Source of the DNA: Dendrobates tinctorius
Lineage: Eukaryota
DNA length: 64,000 nt
NCBI RefSeq assembly: GCF_039654945.1
Contig: NW_027361797.1
Coordinates: 5,890,001 to 5,954,000 of the forward strand
Reading direction: 5' to 3'
Positions 1 to 14,612 of this stretch are shown one piece after another. A program made the translations under genes and the position numbers. The notes below the pieces were generated by a model. That model ran no database searches and was not told where the DNA came from. It saw only the letters and a list, made by a program, of their open reading frames with translations. Every line of letters begins with the position of its first letter. Within the stretch, counting starts at the first letter, position 1.

Positions 1-2536
1 GGTAGTCCAGTTAAGGGAATTAAACTAGGAACACTTGGAGGAGAGGAAATCTGTTCAGGTACATTAGTTGTAATGGCATGTCGCCGTAGGCTTGTGTGCC
101 TGGACCGACTTTGGCCCAATGCCCGCCTTGATAGATTTCGCCTTGAACTAGGGGCAAATATTGAATGTAGGTCCCCCGTCTGCTGGTGTGGCTGCTGCTG
201 CTGCTGAGGTGGCTGCTGCTGCTGCTGAGGTGGCGGCTGCTGCTGAGGTGGCTGCTGCTGCTGCTGAGGTGGCTGCTGCTGCTGCTGAGGTGGTTGCTGC
301 TGCTGCTGAGGTGGCTGCTGCTGAGGTGGCTGCTGCTGCTGCTGAGGTGGCTGCTGCTGAGGTGGCTGCTGCTGCTGAGGTGGCTGCTGCTGCTGCTCTT
401 CGTTGGCAGTGCTCGTCCTTGCAGGAGGACTGGTGGCGGCAGTGATGGTCCAGGTTTGCAGAGTGGTGGTGGCAGGGCTACTACATGTTGTTGTAGCGGC
501 AGGGCTGTTCCATGTTTGCCTAGTGGTGGCTGAGCTCCACGCATGCATGGGAGTGGCGGTGGTGCTCCAGAGAGGAGCAGCGCTTGCCATGGTGGTGTCG
601 GTGAAGTGACCAGCTGCACTCAGACTTGTGGTGGTGTAACGGTGGGTGTCCTGGCTTTGAATAGAGGTGTCCGTGCAGTGGTATGCAGCACAAGTCGGTA
701 GTGAGGTGAAGCGAGTCAATGGTGGCACAGGTGGAAATGACACCACTGACTGCTGACCGTACCGATTATGCTGCATAGCCTGCAAGAAAGCATTGTTGCA
801 GGCCTGCAGCACATTCAGCTGTTGCTCAGGACTAAGGTGTTCCGCCATGCCCTTTTCAATCTTACTAAAAAAATGGTGTGCTGGTCTGTTGAGGTCGGCC
901 TCCAGATGGTCAAGGCGCTGTTCTACAGAATTGAAGCGGTGTTCAAAGTGGTTAAAACCACGTTCCATGAGTGCAAAACCGCTTTCAACTCTGTCGGACA
1001 GTGACTTGAGGCTGGAATTAAAGGCCTCGCTCAAATGCATAAACTCGGGCAAGACATTCCGGTCCAAGGCCCTCTGCCGCTGGCGGGTAGTGCCCGCATA
1101 ACCAGTGGCAGAGACCTGGGACAGGGGAACACCTGATGGCCCAGCTTCCTGGTCACCAGCTGTGTGTGTGGTTGACCTGCAAGGTGCTTCCTGGCTGTCG
1201 GATGGCTGGGACGGGTCAGAGGACGTCCGAGGAAGGACCGCTCCAGGGCCAGGTTGCAGGGTGCTGCTCCAGGTGCTGTGGAAGAAAGGAAAATCATTAC
1301 TACCATGCCTTTACAAGAAGCATCAGCTGTGGATTAGAAAAACACAGATTAATAAAAATAAAAACCCAAAATTTATAATACTTACGATCTCGTGGCAAGG
1401 ACCGGTCTTAGGAACTGCAACGCGTGATAGTGACGGTATCTAGTTCTGGTCCTTGACGCAGATCCACTGCGAACCTGGCCCTCAGCACGAACATCACTGT
1501 TGAAGCGGTCCTTGATCGAACACCAACGTGTTCGGACTTTGTCCACTGTTGTTAAAAAAAAAACAGTGCCTTCAAGGACAACAGTCAATGCGGCACAATA
1601 TAGCAATACAATACTCAAAGCAGTCACTGTAGACCCCGATGACACTGTTGGGTTTCATGCTAGAATACACCTAGCACGAAACCCAACAGTGCCGTCAAGG
1701 ACAACAGTCACTGCGGCACAATGTAGCAATACAATACTCAAAGCAGTCACTGTAGACCCCGATGACACTGTTGGGTTTCCTGCTAGAATACACCTAGCAC
1801 GAAACCCAACAGTGCCGTCAAGGACAACAGTCACTGCGGCACAATGTAGCAATACAATACTCAAAGCAGTCACTGTAGACCCCGATGACACTGTTGGGTT
1901 TCCTGCTAGAATATGTCTAGCACGAAACCCAACAGTGCCGTCAAGGACAACAGTCACTGCGGCACAATACAGAGCAGGGAAATACTCACTAAACGCCTTT
2001 TTGGAGGATGCTGTGGCGCTGTCCCAGCCATCCATCAACGCTGCGGCCACCTCATTCCATAGCCGCCGGGTCACCACAATGTCCTTGTGCAGCCGGTCAC
2101 GGCTGTCCCACAACGGCGAACGCTCCTGGACCAGGCTGATGAGCTGCTCATTATCCAGGTAGACGTCTTCATCCCGTTGTGGAACCTAGACAAAACACAT
2201 TCATTAGAATAATCAAATTTAAATTGAATAAAAAGTTAAAAAAAAGAAACATAAAAAAAGAGTAAAAATAGAAGATAAAAAATAAAGAACATTACAAATC
2301 ATTTGATACTTACATTCCGTATCACCACCGGGACTTGGCTTCGCTGCTCCTGCTCTTCGCCCTCACTAGTCCCGTCCGCAGAAGATGATGATGACGATGT
2401 CTTAAAAAAGTTGAAAAAAACATAAGAGATTTGGAGAAGCTGCAGATATACTTACCAGATGCACGAAAATAATCACCTCACGGTCTGCTTGCGCCAATTC
2501 CTGCCGCGATGGGGAATACTCGGATTCTGAAGACAT
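1..2536 (-). CDS. Spliced MADF (Myb/SANT-like) DNA-binding protein with BESS-like motif and Q/P tract (Harbinger accessory protein); 3' end outside the window
   Basis: Hand-assembled exons 2536-2477, 2400-2314, 2185-1990, 1545-1386 and 1275-<1 have GT..AG introns with compatible phases (0,0,1,2). The protein reads MSSESEYSPS...LISLVQERSPLWDSRD..RRLWNEVA..MDKVRTRWCSIKDRF..YHALQFLRPV..HFFSKIEKGMAEHLSPEQQLNVLQAC..QQQPPQQQ with no stop down to position 1. Confidence 0.8.
183..397 (-). repeat. (CAG)n-CCACCT coding microsatellite (poly-Q/P)
   Basis: GCTGCTGCTGAGGTG units on the + strand read QQQ(Q)PP in the MADF frame. Confidence 0.9.
1562..1970. repeat. 120-bp tandem repeat (~3.4 copies) inside an intron of the MADF gene
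   Basis: AACAGTGCCGTCAAGGACAACAGTCACTGCGGCACAAT... recurs every ~120 bp. Confidence 0.9.
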
Positions 2537-2702
2537 ACTGCATGTAAAAATTATAAAAATCATTAGTACATACATAATTTAAAAGGACAGGCATATAATG
2601 TAATATACTCACATTCTTCGCTGATAGAAGATGGGTTCCTTGTTGACTGTCTGCTCTCCAATCTGTCAGTGTAGTAGTGGCAGAGTTTTGGCAGGCACCT
2701 CC

Positions 2703-2710
2703 TTTATATA
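2703..2710 (-). promoter_or_regulatory. TATA box of the Harbinger MADF gene
   Basis: TATATAAA on the minus strand is followed by a short non-coding exon (donor AAT/GTGAGT near 2612). An acceptor TGCAG sits one base before the ATG at 2536. Confidence 0.55.
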
Positions 2711-3099
2711 GACTTTTTTTTTTTGACTTTAGAAAATTATAACTAGTACAATAAGTGGACACCACCAAAAAAACGCAGCGCTAAAAAAACGCTTACATGC
2801 GCATGCCAGTGCGCACGTATGCGCATCCATAGGCTATAATGGCCATTTTTAGCGCAAAACGTGCGCATACGTGCGCATGCGCTTTTTTGCAGGGCCAAAA
2901 AATGCAACATGCTGCGTCTGGAAAATACAAACGCACACCCCAAAAAAACGCAGCGCATGAAAATCGCATACGTGCGCATGCCAGCGCGCAGGTATGCGCA
3001 CCCATGTTAAATATAGGGGAAAAAACGCATGCGCACGTAAGCGTTTTTTTCCAGCGCAAAAAAACGCAAATGTGAAACCAGCCTAAGGTCTGCAGACAG

Positions 3100-4071
3100 T
3101 TTTATATCACCACAGCACTAAATGACAAGGTGAGTTACAGCAGGCTGTTTAATATTTTTTCACTAGTTACACATGAATTAGAATGCTATATTCGTGCATG
3201 GAGCACAATAGAAGCAGTGCACAACATGTGCCATGATGGCTTTCTTTGTGCACCTCAATATGGCCAACAAAGAAAAAAAAGTGATGAAAGGTAAATTTAA
3301 TAGCCACACTGGACACTAGCTACCTACAGTACCTGACTGATATACAACCACCTAGCAAACTAGCTAAAATGTAGCATACAGCAGGCTTTTTCACATTTAG
3401 CTACTGAAAAAATATTATTTAGAATCCTATACTTGTGCATGGAGCACAATAGAAGCAGTGCACAACTCACTTGTAGGACAAGTGCCCTGCTGGCTTTGTC
3501 TGTGAACCTCAGTAATGCCCCTCAAAAAATAAAATTCTGGAAGGTAAATTTTACAGCCATACTGGACACTATCTAGCTGCACTATCTGACGGATATATAC
3601 AACCGCCTAACTAACTAGCTGAAATCTTGCTGTTAACAGTGCCAGTGTCAGGAGCAGTCTCTCTGCACTGTTGCAGTATCAAAATGGCACTAAAACAAGA
3701 TGTCTGCTCTGTCAGGACATTGTGTCAGGGAATTGTGGGTGTTTCCTGCCAGCCACAATGTGCACACATAAAGCTACGGAAAAAAAATGAATGTGCTGTG
3801 CATACAGGAAGACCGCACCTCTGAGCTATGCAAACCCCCTCCCCTCATCAAATACGTGAAAACACTCATGATACATCACCATTATCGTTGCAAAAGTGCT
3901 GAAAATATTTTTGTGGCAACGCAAATATTTTCCCGCACTTTTATCGAATGTTACCGATTTTCACCAGTTTTACAAAATTTTGCTCGGGTTTCCGATCATA
4001 AATCTGAATGTGCCAGACCTGTGCCAAACTTATGTTTGGCGATCATTTTCCAAACAAATTCGCTCATCGTT
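3100..4071. mobile_element. Degraded hAT-like element end
   Basis: Ends in AAATTCGCTCATCGTTA, matching the TAGTGATGAGCGAA-type TIR seen elsewhere in the window. Contains an internal ~240-bp duplication (3190-3370 vs 3430-3620). Confidence 0.45.
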
Positions 4072-5227
4072 AGTTGTGACGTATTCTTGATTAGGCCAGA
4101 CGTGTCTTACAGTGGATCCAGAGACCTAAGCTATAGAGATGAGTGAACACTAAAAAGCTTGGCTGCTTGTTCCTCGAACCAAAGAATTCTTAATGCTCAG
4201 ATGCTTGTTTCAAAGTACGGGTATAATGAGAGTCAATAGAAAACAAGAGCATTTTTCCGACAAACTTACAATTAGGTCTGAGATCAGGGAAAATGTTGAA
4301 ATGGATGGAAAAGTACTGAATGAAAGGTGAACAGCATCTCTGACTCTCAGATCACTGCTGATAATTATGGTGTCACCCTTTTACCCCACTTTAAGGACTG
4401 ACAATAAAACATTCAAAATCGACGAGAAATTGGAGTTTACAGGGGAAAAGTGTTAAGAAACATTCTTTCCTGTATAATGAGTTGTATATAAGGTAAAATT
4501 TACAAAGGATTTAAAAAAATAATAATTTAAGGAGACCAGCATTGACATTTTTATTAAAACTTTGGAATGTTCAGTGTACTTTATGAAGGAAGCAAGAACT
4601 TCCAAAAATATGATGGAAGAGGGACTCAGATACACCCTGTATTAGAGATAAAGGAAGGCCTCATACACATTCTATTCAAATTGTTATGTAGTGATACTGC
4701 TAAGCTCATAAAGGCTATGCACTAAGTGGAAAGCCTGCCAAAAATTACAAGCAGGGTTAACCATGCACCCTTGAAGGCACCAACTGTAGTACCGCATTCA
4801 AATATTGTGAACAAAGACTAGTTGTGGTACTTCAACACTCGCAAAAGCTCAGCACCCAGCATAAAACCTGCCAAAAATTACAAGCAGGATCATCAATACA
4901 TCCTTGAAGGCACCAACTGGAGTGCCTCATATAAAAAAAAATGTAGTTATTGCACGTCTACACTCATAAAGGTTCAGCACACAGTAAAAAGCCATGAAAA
5001 AAATTCTAAGAAGGTTAATACAGTCATCGAAAGACCCTTGAAGGTAACAACTTGAGGGCCTCATTAAAATATTTTGAAAGGATAGTTGATGTACTCCTAC
5101 GCACATAAAGGCTTTGCACAAACTGCAAAGCTAGGAAAACATTATAATTATGGTCATCAAGTCATTCATAGATTCTTGAAGGCAATAACTGTCAATCCTC
5201 ATTCAAATATTGACGATTAAAAACACT

Positions 5228-5929
5228 TTATGTGCTGCTGTTATCTGGTGGTGTGGAAAAGTTGGGGCTAGTCCAAGCTTTGCTCATTTTAATCAGAATG
5301 AGCCTGTCCACACTTTCTGTTGACAGGCAAAATAGTCTGTCTGTTTTGACCCCCACGGCATCAAAAAAACCCCGCTCAGACAACACTCTATCAGCAGGGC
5401 AGCAAAATACCTCCAAGCCATAGAGGGACAATTCATGCCAGGTGTCCATCTTTGAGACCCAATAGCTGAAAGTCTCAGAGGAATTAGTAAGTCCACTGAT
5501 GTCTTTGGCCATCTTTAATAACTTTTCCCTTCTTGTCAAAAATATAGGGTTATCAAGGCCTCAATGTTGGGAAGGTGTCTTGAAATTGGCACAGGTCTTT
5601 GAGAGTGTACCCCTGACCCTGCTGTACCTGGTGTGTGCCTCCGTTGCCTCTTCTCCTTGATTGGGCAAGGGAGCTTGTCCCCATCTGCTAGCATTACCTG
5701 ATTGGATCCCTTTCAACATATTTTTAACAATAACCTTCTGCTATAGCACCATTTTAGTAGACCTCTGCACCTCTGGAAGGAGAGATACAAGGTTCTCCTT
5801 GTAGAGTGGGTCTAGCAGGGTGAGCAACCAGTACTCTTTTTTGGGCAAGATGAATGTAATGCAAAGGTTATGGAAAAGGCAGTGGAACATAAAGTCTGCC
5901 ATATGTGCCAAGGTCCCTACAGACATCAC
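5228..5929 (-). pseudogene. hAT transposase C-terminal fragment (hATC dimerisation domain), degraded
   Basis: YWLLTLLDPLYK and FSYWVSKMDTWHELSLYGLEVFCCPADRVLSERGF..LSTESVDRLILIKMSKAW are homologous to the C-terminus of 19333-20376. A TAGAGATGAGTGAAC TIR-like end sits at ~4134. Confidence 0.8.
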
Positions 5930-6521
5930 TTTTATTGATGTGCGAGCACTAAAATGCTCGGATGTTCATTATTCGAGTCGAGCAAGTCGCAATGCTTTGG
6001 TGCTCGACCACAGAATCAAGTGTTAATGGGAAACTTAAGCCTTTTTCCGGCACCCCCCAGAGATCTGGAGGGGTCTAAAAATTGCTTAAATTAATGGAAA
6101 CAGCTCTGAAATGGCATGGGAATTACATGGGGAAAACCCCTGGAAGCATATCTGAATCTCAAGTCACTGATGGGAACAATATTGTCAGAGTATTGCACTA
6201 CTTTTACGGACAGACAATAAAACATACAAAACCAAAGATAGTAAAGTGAATTTTACTGGAAAAATTTTTTTCCGGTAATGACTAGTATATAGTGTTGAGC
6301 GATACCTTCCGATATTGGGAAATATCGGATCGGATTTGATCGGACCGATACCCCAAAAATATCGGGTATCGCCGATTCCGATACCGGAAACCCATGCAAG
6401 TCAATGGGACACAAATATCGGAATGAAAATAAACCCTTCTTTCCTTGCACATCCAGTTCGGGAGGGTGGAAGAGTGTGGGCGGTGCGTGGGCTGACACTG
6501 TGTGAGTCTGTGTGTGCGGGC

Positions 6522-6830
6522 GGGGTCTGTACGGGCCTCTCGAGGGTCTGTGCGGACCTGCCGGGGGGTCTGTGCGGGCCTGCCGGGGGTCTGTGCGGGC
6601 TGCCGGGGCTCTATGTGGTCCGGATCTGTACGGGCCTCTCGGGGGTCTGTGTGGGCTGCCGGGGGTCTGTGCGGGCTGCCGGGGCTCTGTGCGGGCCTGC
6701 CGGGGGTCTGTACGGGCCTGCCGGGGGTCTGTGCGGGCCTGCTGGGGGTCTGTGCGGGCTGCCAGGGGTCTGTGCGGGCCTGCCGGGGGTCTGTGTGGGC
6801 TGCCGGGGGTCTGTGCAGGCCTGCTGGGGG
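6522..6830. repeat. GC-rich 20/21-bp minisatellite (GGGGGTCTGTGCGGGCCTGCC); inverted copy at 10575-10765
   Basis: Directly visible tandem units. Confidence 0.9.
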
Positions 6831-6973
6831 TTGTGTGTGTGCAGGCATCGTCCAATGGGACTACAAGTCCCATCGGGCTATGCCTGTTACAATGACAGTG
6901 ATTGACACAATAGCCAATGATGGGACAGTAGTAGTCCCATCATCCGGCTAATGTGTCGAATGTAAAAAAAACC

Positions 6974-7560
6974 CATACATACTACATACATACTACATAT
7001 ATACAACATTCATACAACATACATACATACTACATACATACTTCATATATACAACATTCATACAACATACATACATACTACATACCTCATATATACTACA
7101 TTCATACAACATACATACATACTACATACATCATATATACAACATTCATACAGCATACATACATACTACATACATACTTCATATATACTATATTCATACA
7201 ACATACATACTACATTCATACAACATACATACATACATACTACATACTACATACATACTTCATATATACTACATTCATACAGCATAAATACATACATACT
7301 ACATACGTACTACATATATACTACATTCATACAACATACATACATAGTACATTCTACATATATACTACATACATACAACATGCATAAAACATGCTACAGA
7401 CATACAACATACATATTACATACATACTACATATATACTACATACATACAACATACATAAAACATGCTACAAACATACAACATGCATACTACATACATAC
7501 TACATACAATACATTCATACATTCATACAATACATGTAGAGAAACAGTACATATAACATA
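6974..7560. repeat. Complex (CATA/TACA) microsatellite; inverted (TATG) copy at 8050-8126 and 9754-10425
   Basis: Directly visible. Confidence 0.9.
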
Positions 7561-8126
7561 GAGTACATACTCACCATCACTTGTCACTTTGATCACCGAA
7601 GCCAGTGTCATCTGTAAAAAATATTAAAATAACAAACAACCAATATACTCCCTGATCCGCAGAAATCCACGAGTGTCCCACAACCATCTCCCGTGGAGAA
7701 CAGCAGCATCAGCTGATGCAACCACTCTATAGGGGCCCCAGGAATACAATGACAGGAGGTAGGTATCCTTCCGCACTGTATTCCTCCGCCACTGTAAAAA
7801 AATAGTCCCTAGTCTCACATTTGGCATTGCTGTGTGAGAAAGTTCCCACGCAGCTTTTGCCATAAAGTGAGACCAGTGAACTATAGTAACCTCTCAGTGA
7901 TGCACTGCAGGAGATCATCGTGGGACACTCGCGGATTTCTGCGGATCAGGGAGTATATCGCTTGTTTGTTATTTTAATATTTTTCACAGTGAGATGACAC
8001 TGGCTTCGGGGACCAAAGTGACAAGTGATGGTGAGTATGTACACTATGTTATAGGTACTGTATGTCTTTATGTATGTATTGTATGAATGTTTGAATGTAT
8101 TGTATGTAGTATGTATGTAGTATGTA

Positions 8127-9753
<1,627 letters not shown>

Positions 9754-12700
9754 TATGTAGTAAGTAGTATGTATGTATGTTGTATGAATGTAGTATATAT
9801 GTAGCATGTATGTATTATTTAGTATGTATGTATGCTGTATGAATGTAGTATATATGTAGTATGTATGTATGTTGTATGAATGTAGTATATATGTAGTATG
9901 TATGTATTATGTAGTATGTATGTATGTATGCTGTATGAATGTAGTATATATGAAGTATGTATGTATTATGTAGTATGTATGTATGCTGTATGAATGTAGT
10001 ATGTATGTAGTATGTATGTATGTATGTTGTATGAATGTAGTATGTATGTATTATGTATGTATGCTGTATGAATGTAGTATATATGTAGTATGTATGTATG
10101 TATGTATGTTGTATGAATGTTGTATATATGTAGTATGTATGTATTATGTAGTATGTATGTATGCTGTATGAATGTAGTATATATGTAATATGTATGTATT
10201 ATGTAGTATGTATGTATGTATGCTGTATGAATGTAGTATATATGTAGTATGTATGTATGTATGTATGTTGTATGAATGTAGTATATATGTAGTATGTATG
10301 TATTATGTAGTATGTATGTATGCTGTATGAATGTAGTATATATGTAGTATGTATGTAGTATGTATGTATGTTGCCTGAATGTAGTATATATGAAGTATGT
10401 ATGTAGTATGTATGTATGTAGTATGCTTTTTTTTTTTTTTAATTTCAACACATTAGCCGGATGATGGGACTACTACTGTCCCATCATTGGCTAATGTGTC
10501 AATCACTGTCATTGTAGCAGGCATAGCCCGATGGGACTTGTAGTCCCATCGGACGATGCCTGCACACACACACAACCCCTGGCAGGCCCGCACAGACCCC
10601 CAGCAGCCCGCATAGACCCCCGGCAGGCCCGCACCGACCCCCCTGCAGCCCGCACAGACCCCCGGCAGGCCTGTACAGACCCCCGGCAGCCCGCACAGAC
10701 CCCCGGCAGGCCTGTACAGACCCCCGGCAGGCCCGCACAGACCCCCGGCAGGCCCGCTCAGACCGCGCATCATGATGACGTCATTTCAGCAGCCAATCAC
10801 AGCCATGCCATTAGTTAACATGGCTAACACAACTGGCTCATTCCATTATGGGAACTTCCGATTCCGGTATTCGATATTGTAAAAATATCGGTACTCGGTA
10901 TCGGAATTTCAATACAGCTAATATCGGCCGATACCCGATATTTGCAGTATCGGAATGCTCAACACTACTTGTATATAAGGCAAAATAAATAAGAGACAAA
11001 ATGCTCCTCCACACCTTGGGCTATGTTCTCATGTAGCGATTTTGCTCCGTTTTAACATATCCTTCAATGGTGAAAAACAATTCCCCAGGAAGTGTATTTT
11101 TAACAATTTACTAACTTATCTGGCCATGCCATGTGGTATGAGAGACATGATCAGACACATCATGTTTATTTTATGAAGGAGGTACTCTCAAAATCACAGT
11201 TTTTTTTTCAGGTTCAGGGCCATTAGTCAGGCATCACTATTGCCTCTCAACAACAATTTAATACAGGGCAAGTTCATTGTGAAGGCTAGCTGTGGACTAC
11301 ACTTGTAAGGGCTGGAGCAATGGGATTTTGGCCTACTCAGTAATTTGAGGGCAATTCAGGACCTACATGAAGCTCCAGCGTACCTGATTTACCAGTAAGA
11401 AGGATATCTTTAGCTGTTTATGATTCCAGAAGGATCAACAGATGGGTGAGACCATTCCTTTTTAATTTTATTCATAGGACACAAGTTTTCTGGAATGAAC
11501 TGATATTTACAGTGTGTTAGTGATCCTGACTATAGTGAAACACTATTTATTGGTTTCATATATAAGGGATTTTTGAGTAAACTGCTTACAATTGATAATA
11601 GCCTATAGCACCTTATGTCTATAATGCTATTCGTGGTCAAGGTCCAGAGTAAATGCGAGACCTGGGCCTTTGATTGGTAAAAAGTTATGAGGCATATATT
11701 TAGAAGGTGTAGGGATTTTCTCTGGTAGGCAGTGGCAGGGCCGCAGTAATGAGGCAACACACAGGCTTAGAGTCCAACTTCAGTGGTTTAATGACACTTT
11801 TAGAGAGCAGGATAGCAGAAAGTAAAGAAAAACCTAAAACATACTCCAGCTTGGAGAACCACTGGTCTCAGACTCACCCTTGCATGGGACCCTTAACTAA
11901 GTGGCTGCCCGGTCAGCGGTGTCCGCCAGGTGCTATTCCCAGGGTTGATTTGAGTCTTGCTGCTAAAACTTTGCAGCACGGGTAGTCCAACAAAACAAGT
12001 TCAGGCTAGCTCCAGCCAAGTTCCTCCTATCTTCCACACACACACTCTCCATGTGCCAAACAATATCTGCATTACATAGCCTATAACCCCACCCACAGGT
12101 GAGGTACACATCACATGGGCTGATCACATGACCCTGACATCATTGCAGGTCCTCCACTTTAGAGAAAATCCTGGTCAAACTTTTTCCTGCTGGGAGAAAT
12201 GTATCTCCTATCCAGCACTATACCATTTGCTGCACCACAGAGACTATAATTATTATAGGAAGGTCTCTTTCCCTGGATCACACTTGAATTATGCTTGTCC
12301 GGCAATCTAGCTATTAATGTTTTATGTCTTGTTGTCATTTGTTTATATTTGTCATTTTTTAATATAATTAGGATTAAAAGTTATATTTTAGTATTAGCCT
12401 CACGCATTTGCTGCTGATTTATAATACTTGTGAGTGGGGAGGTTTAAGGTTAGGAGGGAATCCTCCACTGATATCTCCACTGATTTATTATCTAATAGAT
12501 GTGCCTTTACTGGGTGGCTGCATGCTGCTTTTTTTTAGACTGGGTGTTAGGGCTAGGGGAGCGCACCAAGAAAAAAGAGATGGAAAGACGGTGCGTTCGC
12601 AGCCCGGGGTCCACCGTGCAGAGATGTTACCTGCTGCTCGGTAATGGCGGAGGATATATGGCAACTAATAAATGAACACAAGCGGGTTAATGTCACCCGG

Positions 12701-13011
12701 TGTGCACTGGAGTGAGTTCTGTTGCTCCACAGAACCGTGCAGCCACACAGTGTAAACAGTGGAGCCTCCTAAGCTCACAGGTCTCAGCCGGATGAGCGCT
12801 AGTATGCAGACACAGGACTCTGCCCCAATGACACGGGGTGAGTCCTTCTAGTCCACTAACGCTCGGCACCACAGTCACAGTGCCAGCAAGGAAGCAACTG
12901 AAATAGTAACGCATCAATGCACTCTTCACCGCTCTGGCGGACGTCACTAACCACCCTGAACAGGGTAAGGATAGCGCTAGGATGCACACGGCGTCACGCA
13001 GGTGGATGCAG

Positions 13012-14612
13012 TGTTAGGGGCTAGTTATACGCACCAAATAATAAAGATGGTATTTAGGTGCGTTCGCAGCCCAGGGTGCACCGTGCAGAGGTATTAACTG
13101 CTGCTCGGTAATAGTGGATGTGATATGTATAATAAAGGGACACACGGGATTAACTCACCCAGTGTGTACAGAATCATAGAATCATAGAATCATAGAATTG
13201 TAGAGTTGGAAGGGGCCTCCTGGGCCATCTGGTCCAACCCCCTGCTCAAAGCAGGATTCGCTAAATCATCCCAGTCAGATGTCTGCCCAGCCTCTGTTTG
13301 AAGACTTCCATTGAAGGCGAACTCACCACTTCTCGTGGCAGCCTGTTCCACTCATTGATCACTCTAACTGTCAAAAAGTTTTTTCTAATATCTAATCTGT
13401 GTCTCCTCCCATTCAGTTTCATCCCATTGCTTCTAGTCTTTCCTTGTGCAAATGAGAATAAAGATGATCCTTCTGCAATGTGACAGCCCTTTAGATATTT
13501 GTAGACAGCTATTAAGTCTCCTCTCAGTCTTCTCTTTTGCAAACTAAACATTCCCAAATCCTGCAACCTTTCCTCATAAGACAGGGTTTGCAGACCGGTC
13601 ACCATTCTGGTCGCTCTTTTCTGAACTTGCTCCAGTTTGTTGATGTCTTTTTTAAAATGTGGTGCCCAAAACTGGACACAATATTCCAGATGAGGTCTGA
13701 CCAAAGAGGAGTAGAGGGAAATAATGACAGAGGCGGACTCTGTTACCTCACAGAGCCGCACAACCACCAAATAATAAATGCCGTAGCCTGTTTGTACTCA
13801 CAGAGCTCGGCAGTGTGAGTGCTAGCGTATAGTCACAGGACTCTGCCCCTAAGGCACTGGGTTAGAGTCCCTCTAGACACGCTAGTGCTCGGCACCATGG
13901 CTGCGGTGCTAGCAGGACAATAGCTGGAGGAAACGCCACTAACCTCCCTGACTAGGGCACGGAAAGCACATGATTTGCGCACGGCGCAGCACTGGCAGTT
14001 TCAGCTACTTACTGCGGTACTGTACTGAGTTGCCTTGTGCTGATGGGCACAATAGAGCGCTAAGAAGAGTGCTGTGACTTGGAGCACAGTGGTGTGAGCA
14101 CAGCCACCTTTTGGCACTGACTCTAACTCTGAATCCCTAGCGAAAAGCACAACCAAGGGTAGGGGTTTCCAATGAGTCAGTCACCAGATACATGCATTCA
14201 TCACCATACACACCATGAGTATTAGAGTCTATACCAGTGTATGGCCGTGCGGCCATGTGGCTCTTTTATAGCAGCGTCCTTCCGGGACCTTCCTGATGGT
14301 CCAATCTGAGCTGGAGAAGGACCTGAGCATGTGACCTCCGATCTCCAATGAGAGATCGTCCCAAGAGCATGCTCAGTGGACCGAAAGGAGGACTTAGTCC
14401 GTGGAGTAGCTCGCTGCTGACCAGCATGCGTTGCTATAGCTGGACCAGAGATGGCAGCAGCAACAACCAAACATACAGAGCTGGTCTGAGCAGAGCGCCT
14501 GGATCGACGAGTCTGCTGAGCAGCCTCCTCTGCGGCCAGAGAGGAATGGGAGCCAGCCGAATGCAAGGCTCAGGATCTCTGCTGTGCAGCTACAGAAACT
14601 TGATGCCTAACA
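13012..14612 (-). mobile_element. Solo LTR (inner), same family, interrupted by CR1
   Basis: TGTTAGG...CCTAACA termini with a perfect 5-bp TSD TGCAG (13007-13011 / 14613-14617). It is homologous to the outer LTR (GTGCGTTCGCAGCCC..., CCTTCCGGGACCTTCCTGA...). Confidence 0.85.
13170..13728 (-). mobile_element. CR1 LINE, 5'-truncated 3' end
   Basis: CR1 ORF2 C-terminus LVRPHLEYCVQFWAP..LQKRRLRGDLI..WNRLP and an (ATTCTATG)n 3' tail. Confidence 0.93.

Larger units (their letters stand above)
1..3083 (-). mobile_element. PIF/Harbinger DNA transposon, one end (continues left of the window)
   Basis: The minus-strand terminus GGCTGGTTTCACATTTGCG ends at 3083 next to TAA (3084-3086), the Harbinger TWA target. 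Subterminal AAAACGC/GCGCATGC palindromic repeats lie at 2765-3070. The element encodes a MADF protein, the typical Harbinger second gene. Confidence 0.85.

Noticed and set aside
20-619. Poly-S, poly-A and poly-L ORFs in the track
   Set aside because: They are alternative frames of the CAG repeat. The plausible frame is the poly-Q frame continuous with the MADF gene.
1500-2162. 220-aa repetitive ORF and a CRISPR-like look of the 120-bp units
   Set aside because: It is an intronic tandem repeat read antisense to the MADF gene, with no unique spacers.
6253-7387. Several 130-200 aa ORFs (collagen-like or His/Tyr-rich)
   Set aside because: They are artefacts of mini- and microsatellites that lack stops.
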